Shown one piece after another: positions 53,351 to 64,000 of a DNA stretch of 64,000 bases (position 1 is its first letter; each line of letters begins with the position of its first letter). The stretch lies in NCBI GenBank assembly GCA_976226885.1, contig OZ320318.1, positions 73,160,001-73,224,000 of the forward strand, read 5' to 3'. Position numbers and translations under genes: made by a program. Source of the DNA: Iphione sp. A-MEVVRFRX5. Taxonomy: Eukaryota. Under the pieces are notes generated by a model that searched no databases, was not told the DNA's origin, and saw only the letters and a list, made by a program, of their open reading frames with translations.

Positions 53351-53806
53351 TTAGGAAGGTATTAAATATGCAGAGGTGGATACATCTGCAAATCTATAAT
53401 ACGACGTTGGACCAGATCGATCCTTCAGTTCTGCGCCATGTTCTGGCTTGTCCACCACATAGACATGTATACTCATAGGAATGGAGTCGGCATTAGCGAC
53501 AATTCTAAGGGGTACGATTTAATCATAGTGAGGGCCAGTGTTGCGTCGTGTAAATCCCGGGAAAATAAACGATAGCTCAGGGCGATCATCACGCCAGTCG
53601 ATCGATTTCATGGATCAGGTCTGACTGAGACTCTCGGAAATAGGCAATCGTATTAAGCGCACTGCCAGTTGGAATGTTTACCCAATCAAAGATACATGCA
53701 TTGTAGTTAAAGCCTTGGTTGCAAGATAGCACTCGCAAAGAATGCGATCGTCGTCTGTTCTTTTAAAAGCATCGTAATCGAGCGGCTGTCTTCCTGGCGA
53801 CAATAA
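53351..53806 (-). pseudogene. Decayed reading frame of 152 codons, product unknown
   Basis: Three internal stops; LLSPGRQPLDYDAFKRTDDDRILCECYLATKALTTMHVSLIG*...DWRDDRPELSFIFPGFTRRNTGPHYD*...HVYVVDKPEHGAELKDRSGPTSYYRFADV. Confidence 0.2.
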
Positions 53807-54034
53807 AATCTAACGAAAACTGCTTCCGGATTTGTAAAAGATTAACTATGTTACGAATCTGACCACTAAGAGAATACTTTTTGCAAAACCAGAGTCATAT
53901 TTTGAAATGAGCCTATAGTATATTATTAGTCCGTGTACAGATAAGAAGAATGGAATCAACAGATGTATTAGTTGTAGAACCAGCGTGGAAACGAGAAGGA
54001 ATAGTCATATGAATTTACAATGTATTTGTATAAG

Positions 54035-54163
54035 NNNNNNNNNNNNNNNNNNNNNNNNNNNNNNNNNNNNNNNNNNNNNNNNNNNNNNNNNNNNNNNNNN
54101 NNNNNNNNNNNNNNNNNNNNNNNNNNNNNNNNNNNNNNNNNNNNNNNNNNNNNNNNNNNNNNN
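54035..54163. other. Assembly gap (129 N)
   Basis: Run of N. Confidence 1.
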
Positions 54164-57100
54164 AACCATACAAGAGACACTTTAATCATTCCATATAAAG
54201 TTCCCGGAAAATGAACATCCAGGGGTAGAACCAAGTGCGACAAGTGGAACTGGACCAGTTAGATGAAAACACACCCCGAACGGAAGCGCGCGTGGAGTTG
54301 AAGATATGAGCCTGAGCACCGCCCGGCTAACCACTCGGGCTGCGCTTTTCTTCCGTGATCTGTTTTAACCGCACGACTTGTAGTTTTCTCGGCGCGGGCG
54401 TGGTAGTCTTGTTCAGCGTGCTGGTTGTGCGGGATGTCCCCCTGGGCCATGTTTATTGACGTACTAGCGCCAGGCCCGTTGTCGTGGATAACACGAGCTA
54501 TAGGCCAAGCTGGCTTCGTCCGCCCACCCCCCCCCCCCCGTTTCCCCACTCGCTGTCTCCCATCCACCTGATCTCTTGACCCACTTCCCCGATACTGATA
54601 CTTCCTCCCCATGTCCTCCCAACCACTTCCTACTGTTTCATCCAGTGTCAGCACTGCATAATAGAAGCCCCACTATCCATGATAGAACCAATTACAGTGA
54701 GTAGTATATGCCTGTGGCTTCTTTTGTTGAGTAATGCGGTCTGCTTGCTACTAGGCCTTCCCCACCCCCAGGGTCGTGTTTGTGCTACAAGACCCGGGGC
54801 GCTCCCCTGTCTCACAGGGCGCCCGCTGTGTTTGCCCCTGGCCCCTTGGTCTTCTGATCGATCCCACTTGGCAACGTCCGAGAGCTGGTCTTGGACAAGT
54901 GCCACGTTTAAAGCATCCCAGACACAGAGGAGAAATTAAACAGCTGACTAGTGGCCCCATTGAAAGCACAGGACGTTGGGGGCTGCTCTAAATAGGCGAC
55001 AGTGTACACACTTGTTGTTGAACTCAGCCAACAGGAGTGTAAGCGTATTCAGCGGAGATGTTAGCATTTTCGGTAGAAATCGTTACGAAGCCTATGCCTT
55101 TGACTCATATTATGTGTATATCCGCTGACGTTGTTGGGAACGCTATTATTCCAGGTGGTTGGTCTTGATATAGCACATCCATGTGCTGTGTTTGCCGGGG
55201 GCTGGTTGTAAAACTCCCCAGCCGAGTGAGGCACACACTTTCTGCATACAAATCATGGGGCTCTGTCAAGTTCTACATTCAAAGTATGTAGACGCTAACA
55301 ACGCATTTCAAGATCCCCTATTTTTCCTCCTTATAGATGGATATTGACCAGCCAAGCACGAATCCATCCGTCGCCGTATGCTGTCACGAAGGCTCGTCCC
55401 GTGCAAGTCCGTCGGAGGATTTATTTTTATGTCTTAGTGACAGGGTCTATGCAGATTATTGAAAGAGACCTTGACCAGTAACTGTTTTATTCTATTGATA
55501 AGGCATTAGCACTCGTCATGGTCTAGATCGGGTTGATTTTTATGCATTTTAAGACATATTCCGAAGAAAAAAGGGGAGAATAGCAGTCTAGATGTATTAC
55601 ATTTGGAGGCAGAGTCTTTAAGCCACACCCAGCAACATTTTCGATCGCGATTGCGACAATATCAGCAAAAAATACGAGTAAGATCTTTTCTCACATGTAG
55701 AGTTAAAGACCTGTTGATTATGGTTGATATTGCTTTCCAGTGTTTTCATCATTATGTGCATGTACCTATGGGCTATTGGCTTATTTATTTCGGGTTCTCT
55801 GTCTGTCTCTTCACATCTACGGTGAAATAGTCAGTTTGCCTTTATATAAAACGAACCGAGTCATGTGGACCAAAATAACTACACTATTAAGTTTGTTACG
55901 ACCAACTGATATGAGCATGATATACTGTAAAAGTTGAAGCTCTGCTTCGTTGTGAGAGATAACATGCGGTGGTGTCGAAACCTTTTGGCATGTCCACAAG
56001 GTTTACTATCGACCGCTGTATGTAAACAGCTCTCTCTGACCTACCAGCCCAGAGTCTCTAGCTCAGCCCTTTCGCGGCCCTCAACATATCAGCTAGCACG
56101 TCCGCGGGAAAAAAAAGCTGTAGAACACACGAACCCGACCTACGCCGATCTCCTTTCCTGGACCGCAGGAGATGGGCTGCCAGTGCTCGTGTAGAGTCAA
56201 CACAACGTAGTCCGTCGGCAAACTGTCACCAATCCCTCCCAGTGTGTCCATCCATGCGCGTGGTAGGAGAGTGAGGAGGAGGAGGAGGAGGGTGGGACAG
56301 TCGCTGGCTGATGGGCGGGTACCAATGGTCTTAGCCTCTTGGACACTCGGGGGCCAGATCTCGAAGCATAGCCTTAGGACTGCCAAACAGACCTGGCCTG
56401 CCCAAGAGCTCAGACAGTGCCTGTCTTTCGGCCTAGGCCCCCAGGCCTGGCTCCGGTGTGACCGATGCCCTGCCACTGGGGACTTTTGGCGTCTAGCCTC
56501 CTCGCAGGCCAGACATGATTGACTGGCTGTCTACCTTCTCCGAACCAAGAAACAACTAGTGCTTGTTGCAAGCTAAAGAAGGCGGTTATCTCTCCAGCAA
56601 ATCTGCGTGGCGCTCATTGTCTAGATTCACCGCCTGTACCGCTCTAGATAACCGTAGATGATATTAAAGGTTCGCTTAATATGAAGAAACATATGCACAT
56701 CTGTGCAGGATCTGATACTGGGTTTGTTGCTTTATCGATGGAGCACTCTGGGTATAATAACAGTAAATTGCCATCTGAAAATGTACCTTTGTACCTGAAC
56801 TTAGCAGATCGCATGCTCTTGTAATTGGGCAGTATTTATTGGGTTGTGCATCCTAGAGGTAACCCTTTGATAGAAAAGACGGAGTGGACTTTCTTCTATT
56901 TCACCGCTTTGCTGTAGGGTGTGGCCTGCTTAGCACTGCAAATTAACCACTAAAAAGTAACAGGAATAAATCCATTAGAATACAAAGGCTAATAAGAAAA
57001 AGATCAATAAAAAAGGGTGCCTCGCGGAAATATATATGAACGGAGAACCAATCTCCTGGGACACGTGTTCTGTCCAATGAGTCATGGTTCACATGGTTGC

Positions 57101-57646
57101 GAGGAATCCATGACCTTGACGCTACCGGAAAATCTCACATAGTGACAGTGCGTCCATTAGAGGATTATTAAGTTGTTCAATCCGTGTTCCTGCTTATTTG
57201 CATATAGGGAACGAAATGATCAATACATATTCCGTATTTATACGTCTTACTAGGTCAAGTGTTTATACGAAGACGTGAAATTAATTAGATATTTAATGAT
57301 ACTTTTACAGTCGCTGTTTCTCGCCGTATAATGGCGAGTGGATTTAGGTACGCTCGCTCTAATCACCTGACAAGGTCGTTATACTGTAAGTTAATGCCGC
57401 CATGGGTGATTTCATGTTCTTCAATAACCGCCGTGTTTAGGACAGGCTTTGCTCCGAGTGGACTATATGCATCCCGCTACCACAAGTAGAAGGGGATAGC
57501 ATGTCACCGTTTGCCGCTTGGGTGAGCCAACCTCGTCCTGCCTATACCACAGCATTGGGTCTGGGTGGGATAATGTATGGATGCCGTGCTTGGTGGCACT
57601 AGACTCCACACCAGACGGACTGGCTTAGTGTAGGCTGTACGTGTAA

Positions 57647-57668
57647 GTGTGTGTGTGTGTGTGTGTGT
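57647..57668. repeat. (GT)n microsatellite
   Basis: About 11 units. Confidence 0.95.
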
Positions 57669-60600
57669 GATGGGGGGAGAGGATGCGGTGAGTGGGCCCC
57701 AGCCTCCCCGCTGCTCAACAACAGGAATACCCGTCGCTGGAAATAGCACTAATGCCCCAGGGAGATAGGAAGAAGGAAGCTGAAAGGGGAAGGAAGGTGT
57801 CAAAACAAAGGAGAGGGTCAGACGAAGATCTACACGCTGGGAGAAGTAATGGGCAAAGGCTGGACATCGAAAGGTTCTGTAGAATGGGCGCCTGCCGTAG
57901 AACAGTGAATATTGTTCGTAACCTCAACCGAAACAAGCACTTCGCACCGTTATCACTCTGATTTAAAGGAATGCATATCTTCTTACACGGGATCTTGACA
58001 GTGATAACGTTCTGTCCGAAAGGGAAGACCTATTGATGTCAACGACCATACCTGCGAGCGCGCACGGTCCAAAATTCCCGAAATGAATGGCAAGGCATTC
58101 TTACATCTCCCCAGACAATCACTACAGCCTATACCTCAACAGACGGTGTGCCTCGCCCTATGCTCATAACTCCTGCTCTAACTTCCGCCAAGCCCTGCAG
58201 CCTCCACCATTCCCTTACCGTATTCCCTCAGCCCAGCTACCTCCTCATACAGGCGGCAGGGCCGCACTGGCTGCCTCAACTGCGTTGCGCCGAGCAGGAA
58301 TCTGAAATATTGACAGTGAGCGAGAGCCGCCATTCTTTTCGTGCGTGGCGCCCCAATGCGGTGAGCTGGCTGAGTAGGCTGGATTGACTGATCTAGTCTG
58401 GCTGGCCAACGCAGGGGATCTACGCCGATCTGAGGACCCGGCTACCGTAAGCCAAGTCGACTGACTTCAACCCAGCTATATAGACTGTGTGTGCACTAGG
58501 TCTGTGCCTCTTACTTGGCCTCTAGAAATATTCCTGGTCTGTAGTTGTCCCCCAGCCCTTATGCCAACCCAGACCTCTTCAACGATCGAGGAAGTAGCCG
58601 TCGGTACCGTATAATTGATAGCTATTTTTAAGGCACGTTTATCGCCGAGGAGCCCTTTATCAACGAACCATTCAATCGGGATTGCAAACACGCACGGTCT
58701 ATCAATCACCAATGCAAAAGTGTGGTATGCTTACATAGCCTCCACAAACCGAACTGATTCTATCAATAGATAATCACATTAAAGCGGTTATTAATATGTA
58801 CAGGTTGGAAACAAGCTGACATTCACGAAAACGTTTTTTAATCACGAATTCTTTCACAGTTGAACACCTCTGCAAAGTATAAATAACGTAATAAGTCCTC
58901 TGCATCTGTATGCATTGGGAGAATTCAGTCGAGAAAAACTGGCTCAGATTTAAAAGAAAAACTCACATAAAACGTCAATTGTCTCCGAGGGTAGAGAACA
59001 AACATAAACAACTCAAGCCATCGTCATCATTCATTTGCCAGCCTGCTTCCCCCCGTGGTGCCCCCGACTTCCCCTCTCGCCTCCTGTAGGTCCTGATTTC
59101 CCCTCCAGGAGTGAGCTGGATGTGATGGGGTAGTGCACTCCTATCTGGCAGTGGCAGGACTGGCGGGCACTGAAAGCCCTCCAGGTGCGTGCCCTGAAAC
59201 TCCCGCCGTAGGTCTATTGGCGGCCGGTACCTCCCTCGCTTCCCCCCCCCCCCTCAACAAACGCACACTGTCACTTATCCCATATAGAAGCTTAATCTTT
59301 GGTGTTAGGGCTGCTTTAACGCTGAACCAGTTCAACAAACCGTTCTTCACCCAATAGTTTTTGCACACGTACATACACAAGCATGCATTCACATACATAC
59401 AGACCTACGTTGACAGACGTATACACACATACCTTATATAACACACAAAAATAATATATACATGTTTAGGTATATGCATACTTGGGTGCCTTTAGTCATG
59501 CAAATTAACAGACGTCTCCTCCGGACACCGATGCAGTCAACGGAAATACACATGTACTTCTGTCAAATTCTTTTTTTAGACTGAACTCAGTCACTACCCT
59601 TAAACAACATCACAAGAACGCTTTGCCTACGTGCTTGACCTCACCAACAAACTCACCAACACTCTCCTTTCCCAGCACTCGCTTCTACCTCTCCAACCAG
59701 GTACATCTTCCAGTGTCCATTGCCGTACAGCTTGCCTGCCTACAAACGGCCAACCTGGTGGGCTCAGTGCTGTCATAAACCATTCGTGATTGATAGAGCG
59801 AGACTTCGTGGAAGACACGGTAGGCATGTAGCGAACCGTGCTAGCCGCTCTTTGATAGGCCCGACATGTAGCGCAGGCCTGACGCTCAGCGGCAACGACT
59901 GAAACTTTTACTGGAGCATGTCCTCGGCCCAGCCGGTCAGACAGACAAGTACCCCCCCCCCCCCCGAATGTTTCACACATAAACCACACGAGCAAAAGCA
60001 CTAACACTCGGGGGCACTCAGGCACACAAACACGGGAAGTCCATCGTGTTAAGTATATTTCTCTTCTTTGAACGTCGGACACAGAGTACTGAACCCAATA
60101 CTGAACTGTACTTGTATGCAGTTACATTGGGCTCCCTAAGATTCAAACACGTACCGTTTGTGCCAGGTTGGACATATTTCGGTTATGCCCACCATTGAAG
60201 TAATTAGGATGTAGGAGATTTCACTAAAGGCAGATCTCATTTATCATGTAGATTACATCGGGGGGAGATGAGTTCAGTGGTGCTAGAGAAACCGTGTGGG
60301 TCGTTTTATTTAATTGTAGTGGTAATGTAATAAGTCGTGTCTCAAAGACAACCGTATGAATAGCTGAGACAAAGCTTAGTTGCAACGACATTTCTATCGT
60401 AGTTGCCACTATATACCAGTTTCATGGACCCAGTGTTCTAATCTTTCATACATGTGTGTGCCCAGTCACAATGATGCAGCAGCTTGGTATTTTATGCTAA
60501 AATGTAGTTGCCCCCCTCTGTATATGAAATGGGTCTACTTTTTGGACAATCTTAAAATTTTGAACCGAAACATTTTATGAGTGACTATCCCAAACCATCC

Positions 60601-61125
60601 GCATTTGAGTCAGGAGGAAGGAGGTCTACTGAAAAGCATACAGGTACACACAAAAGCTGGTGCAGAGGGATGCTCACCGCGGTGCGAGTCCTCAGAGGAA
60701 GCGGCAGACTGCTTCAAATTACCAAAAGCTGAAAGATTTTGCACAGCAGTTCTGTACATGTATTATTGAAAGCGCTCGTTAACTTACAGATGCTGGGTAA
60801 AATACTGAGGCAATACTGACCGAGGAACCTTTAAGTTGTCAGAGCTTACGAGAGTAAACCACGCCAAGAATTTGACCTTTGATGTCCGACCTCTTTAGTG
60901 ATTACAAAGCATAAACCCCCCGCTGTAAAATTAATGTGATGTTTCGATGGGTGATTTTCGTGCTCTCGTAGCCGCGGCTAACGTTTCTGCTGTCGGCATC
61001 ATGTCAATATTAATGGCGCGTATTCGTGATGTGATGACATAACACCAGTCAGTATGAGACTTGCCAATGAATGTCGCCGCATTTGCTATCCCGCCTGTGT
61101 GTGTTTTGCTCATTGCCCCAACAAG

Positions 61126-61144
61126 ACACACACACACACACACA
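61126..61144. repeat. (CA)n microsatellite
   Basis: About 9 units. Confidence 0.9.
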
Positions 61145-62649
61145 TACTTGCTCACCCTAGCAAATATAGCCCGAGAGCTCTATTAAGCTCAGCACCACTA
61201 TAATTCCCCATCCTGTGTGACGTAAATTACGCAGTTCAATTATTGGTTTCGTGGACCATGCAGATTCTGGGAGAATGAATGCTACCCCTTTGATGTTTAC
61301 TTAAAAGAGGCCGTAACACTAACTGGTTCGATGTACATCTATTTAAGATAGCAGAGCCCCGTCATACTGGCTAATGTCCCGACACTGATCTATTTTAGAC
61401 CACAGACGGTATCCACAGCGCGCCAGGACCAAATAACTGTGAGGGTTGTCAATAGGAAACTATTCTTTTAACAGCGTTAGGTTCGACAGACGATGAAGTT
61501 AATCATGTCTTAATAGTATTACCCATAATAAAGATGTTCTTGGTCACACTACAGGTCTTATCTATATATGTGTTACCATAGATTTCTACTGTATTAAATA
61601 CCAGCCTTTTATCACTTCCCTTGAAGTTGATTTCCATTTTTCCCCGAGACGAACTGGTATTTTACAATCGCTCCAGGTCGGTGTGAGCCAGTACGAGTCA
61701 ATGCAAGTTGATATGAACATCTGCAGCTGCTCGTTTGCTGCCTTCTCCTCCTATACCTTGGCATCAGGCATTCTCATCCGTGTTTGTCTGTACCGCTCGC
61801 AGCAGCTGCGCCATCTCGTGGCAGGGAAACAAAATACCTGGCCGTCGGGAGGGCCCGCCGTTTGTAAATAGAAGCTGAGTCGACGTCCAAACAGGCAGGG
61901 AGGAACGGACACACGCACAGCTACATCTGCCCAACTGTGCATTTCTCCCCCTCATATATACACATAAACAGGCCGACACATATCTTAATGTATAACATGT
62001 AGAGTGCACATGTATGTGTATCGCTTCACAGTAGGCACAAAGACATGAGCGAAAAGCGACAACTGTCGAGTGTTGTGTGCATCGTGGTCAACTGTAAATT
62101 TGCCTGAGTAACTAACAGAAGAAAATACATCATGTACATACATTATAAAAGTGAAGTCAGGATATTCATATTTACAACCAAGATTGGCAAAATAGGACAG
62201 GTTTACAATTAAACTGGCAGAACGCGAGTTTAAATAGCACATAAAACCTGGAGCATGCACAAAACGTATCAAACATCTACCATAAATCTTTACAATATAT
62301 GTAGAATTTTTTGTGGTTACTCCTATTTCTCCGTATGTACACATATAGAGATGCAAAATAAAGATTTCTATCTATCTATCTATTTATTCTACCTTGTGGT
62401 TTAGGCCTCATATACATGTACCCCTGTTTTAACAGCCATGATTAGCCCTTATTCTTTAATGTATACATTTACTTATAACCTGGAGGGCTTCTGTGTAGCC
62501 ATACTTGTTCTGTCAAACACAGACCCGTCCCAATTTCCAGTGGACAGGAACGCAGAGATGATGGAAGAAAAAGAGTGAAAACAGCCGTGGAAACACGGAT
62601 CATGAAAACACAACCATGGAAACACGGGTAAGTGCATATGTCGGTATGA

Positions 62650-63015
62650 AATGACCTAGCAAAGAGAGCACTAGGAGACAGCACGGGAGATGAACAGTAT
62701 TGGAAGCAACAAAATCGCCAGATTCACACCGCTGGATGGTACCTGTACAGCGAGGGGGTGTTTGTAGAGGCACAGGTGTTATGCAGACTGTTATGGATGG
62801 ATGCCTCTGGGGAAGCAGATAATTGCAGACACATGAACGCTGGTGTGGGGCGCAACCCGAGGAAGAACTGAACTGATGGAGTGGCGGCACTTAAAGATGG
62901 AGGATCCGCACTTTTGACACTAGATGATAAAAGGCTGTTGTTCAGCACAACCTTGAAAGATGGATATCTGCCAGGGTACATCCACGCAACACGGCAGATA
63001 GACACACACAAATAA
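62650..63015 (+). pseudogene. Possible hAT transposase remnant
   Basis: Frame open except one TGA (62869). It contains EQYWKQQNRQIHTAGWYLYS, resembling the hAT C-terminal-region motif RW..QLH.PLHAAG(Y/W)(Y/F)LNP, but with one residue less spacing and no NP. Confidence 0.3.
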
Positions 63016-63019
63016 ATAT

Positions 63020-63270
63020 AGAGAGAAATGGAAGGAGACAAGGTCAGTGGAAGAAAGATTGATGCAGAAGGTAGGGGACTGAGAAAAAGAGGGGGAGAGG
63101 GAGGAGGTAGAGTGAAACAGAGAAAAAAGGCCTGTAGAAGAGTACATGAAAGAAACATGGAAAGAAGGCAGGTAGAATCAGATAAAAATGAGAGAAATGG
63201 CGACAGAGCAAGAGAAGGGAAGAGAAAAGGGCGAGGAGAAAGGGCGAGGGAGAGAGAATGAGAGAGTTTA
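63020..63270. repeat. Purine-rich (GA) low-complexity tract
   Basis: Source of the E/R/K/G-rich ORF 63028-63261 and the S/L/P/F-rich ORFs 62724-63326 and 63044-63295. Confidence 0.85.
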
Positions 63271-64000
63271 GACCATGACACTTTGCTGGAGGCATTTATA
63301 AGGTATATACAAGTACTAGTAGTCACTAAAAATGTCCAAGTGCATGTTAACAGGAAAAACCCGTCGGTGATGAATGATTAATCTATAGATCAATAATTCT
63401 CCTGCCAAGAAGTGTTACTTGGAATGACAGGAAGCCAGATTTCCACCATAGGCGCTCCTTCCCCGCCCACAACGGATATGCAGGTTAGACGGAGTCATTT
63501 TTTTCCTACGATTTACGCTGAGCATTTCTAAGTAGATAAAGGAATTCTCTAAACAAAGTACACAGGAGAATACGTGGACATTTCAGGGTATGATTATGTG
63601 CTTGGATTAAACGTAGCATAAGTAAGAATAGAGTTAACGAGGGTAGCTGTGACGGAGGATTTATTACTTCCTTACCTGGAATCGCGTGGCATCTGAAGGA
63701 TGTTTTATGTTCAGATATGGGAGTCGCGCAGTGAGTGGCGTAGCAGGCAAATGGCCAGCCATGAAACATATCATGTGACCGTGTCTGGCTGAACAATCGC
63801 AGCGGGGGAGACAAGTTTAGCTAAGAAAGGCTTCGGGATTCGTGCATTGAAGTTTGTTATAAAGAGAGGGCAGGTCAAAGCAAATCCGGCATGTCATATT
63901 TGATCAGGTGTGATTGCTGTTTGTAGAAGCAGTGCGGGTTGGGTTCAGGGAAAACATCATACGAGTAGGTGTTCTAAGGTGGAGATTTATGATGGAGGCT

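Noticed and set aside
56620-56825. ITVDDIKGSLNMKKHMHICAGSDTGF resembles the LINE pre-RT motif (IT..EI..AL..MK..K.PGPDG)
   Set aside because: The diagnostic PGPDG is absent and no RT domain follows
62724-63326. 200-aa minus-strand ORF
   Set aside because: Its first half is a translated CT microsatellite-like tract; no domain recognised
1-64000. tRNA, rRNA, CRISPR, telomeric arrays and intact RT/integrase/transposase ORFs
   Set aside because: Scanned by eye for T-loop GTTCGA contexts, regular repeat-spacer arrays, TTTAGGG runs and long ORFs; none supported

Overview
Eukaryotic, gene-poor, repeat-rich DNA: an AT-rich background with scattered GC-rich islands, many microsatellites and two assembly gaps (27721-27896, 54035-54163). 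I found no rRNA, tRNA, CRISPR array or intact recognisable gene. The longest ORFs in the track (up to 217 aa) are low-complexity by-products of GC-, CAG- or CT-rich tracts. Best supported from the sequence itself: a TTA-flanked PIF/Harbinger-type MITE (20914-21239); two related non-autonomous TIR elements with subterminal repeats (21479-22115, 38363-38838); a solo-LTR-like element (8519-9071); a diverged dispersed duplication (16030-16387 vs 31450-31815); and several decayed reading frames. CAG/CAA runs contain interspersed TAG/TAA, suggesting methylation-driven C-to-T decay. That fits a large-genome plant or streptophyte alga (e.g. Chara-like), but the organism is my inference only. I could not demonstrate a new biological system. 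The best leads are gene-like fragments with 41-53 nt GT-AG introns (including a divergent pair at 32.3-33.5 kb, one member splicing to an uninterrupted 87-aa ORF), possible decayed chromodomains at 0.76-1.17 kb, and a hAT-like remnant at 62.7 kb. All protein-family assignments are by-eye motif matches and need HMM searches.
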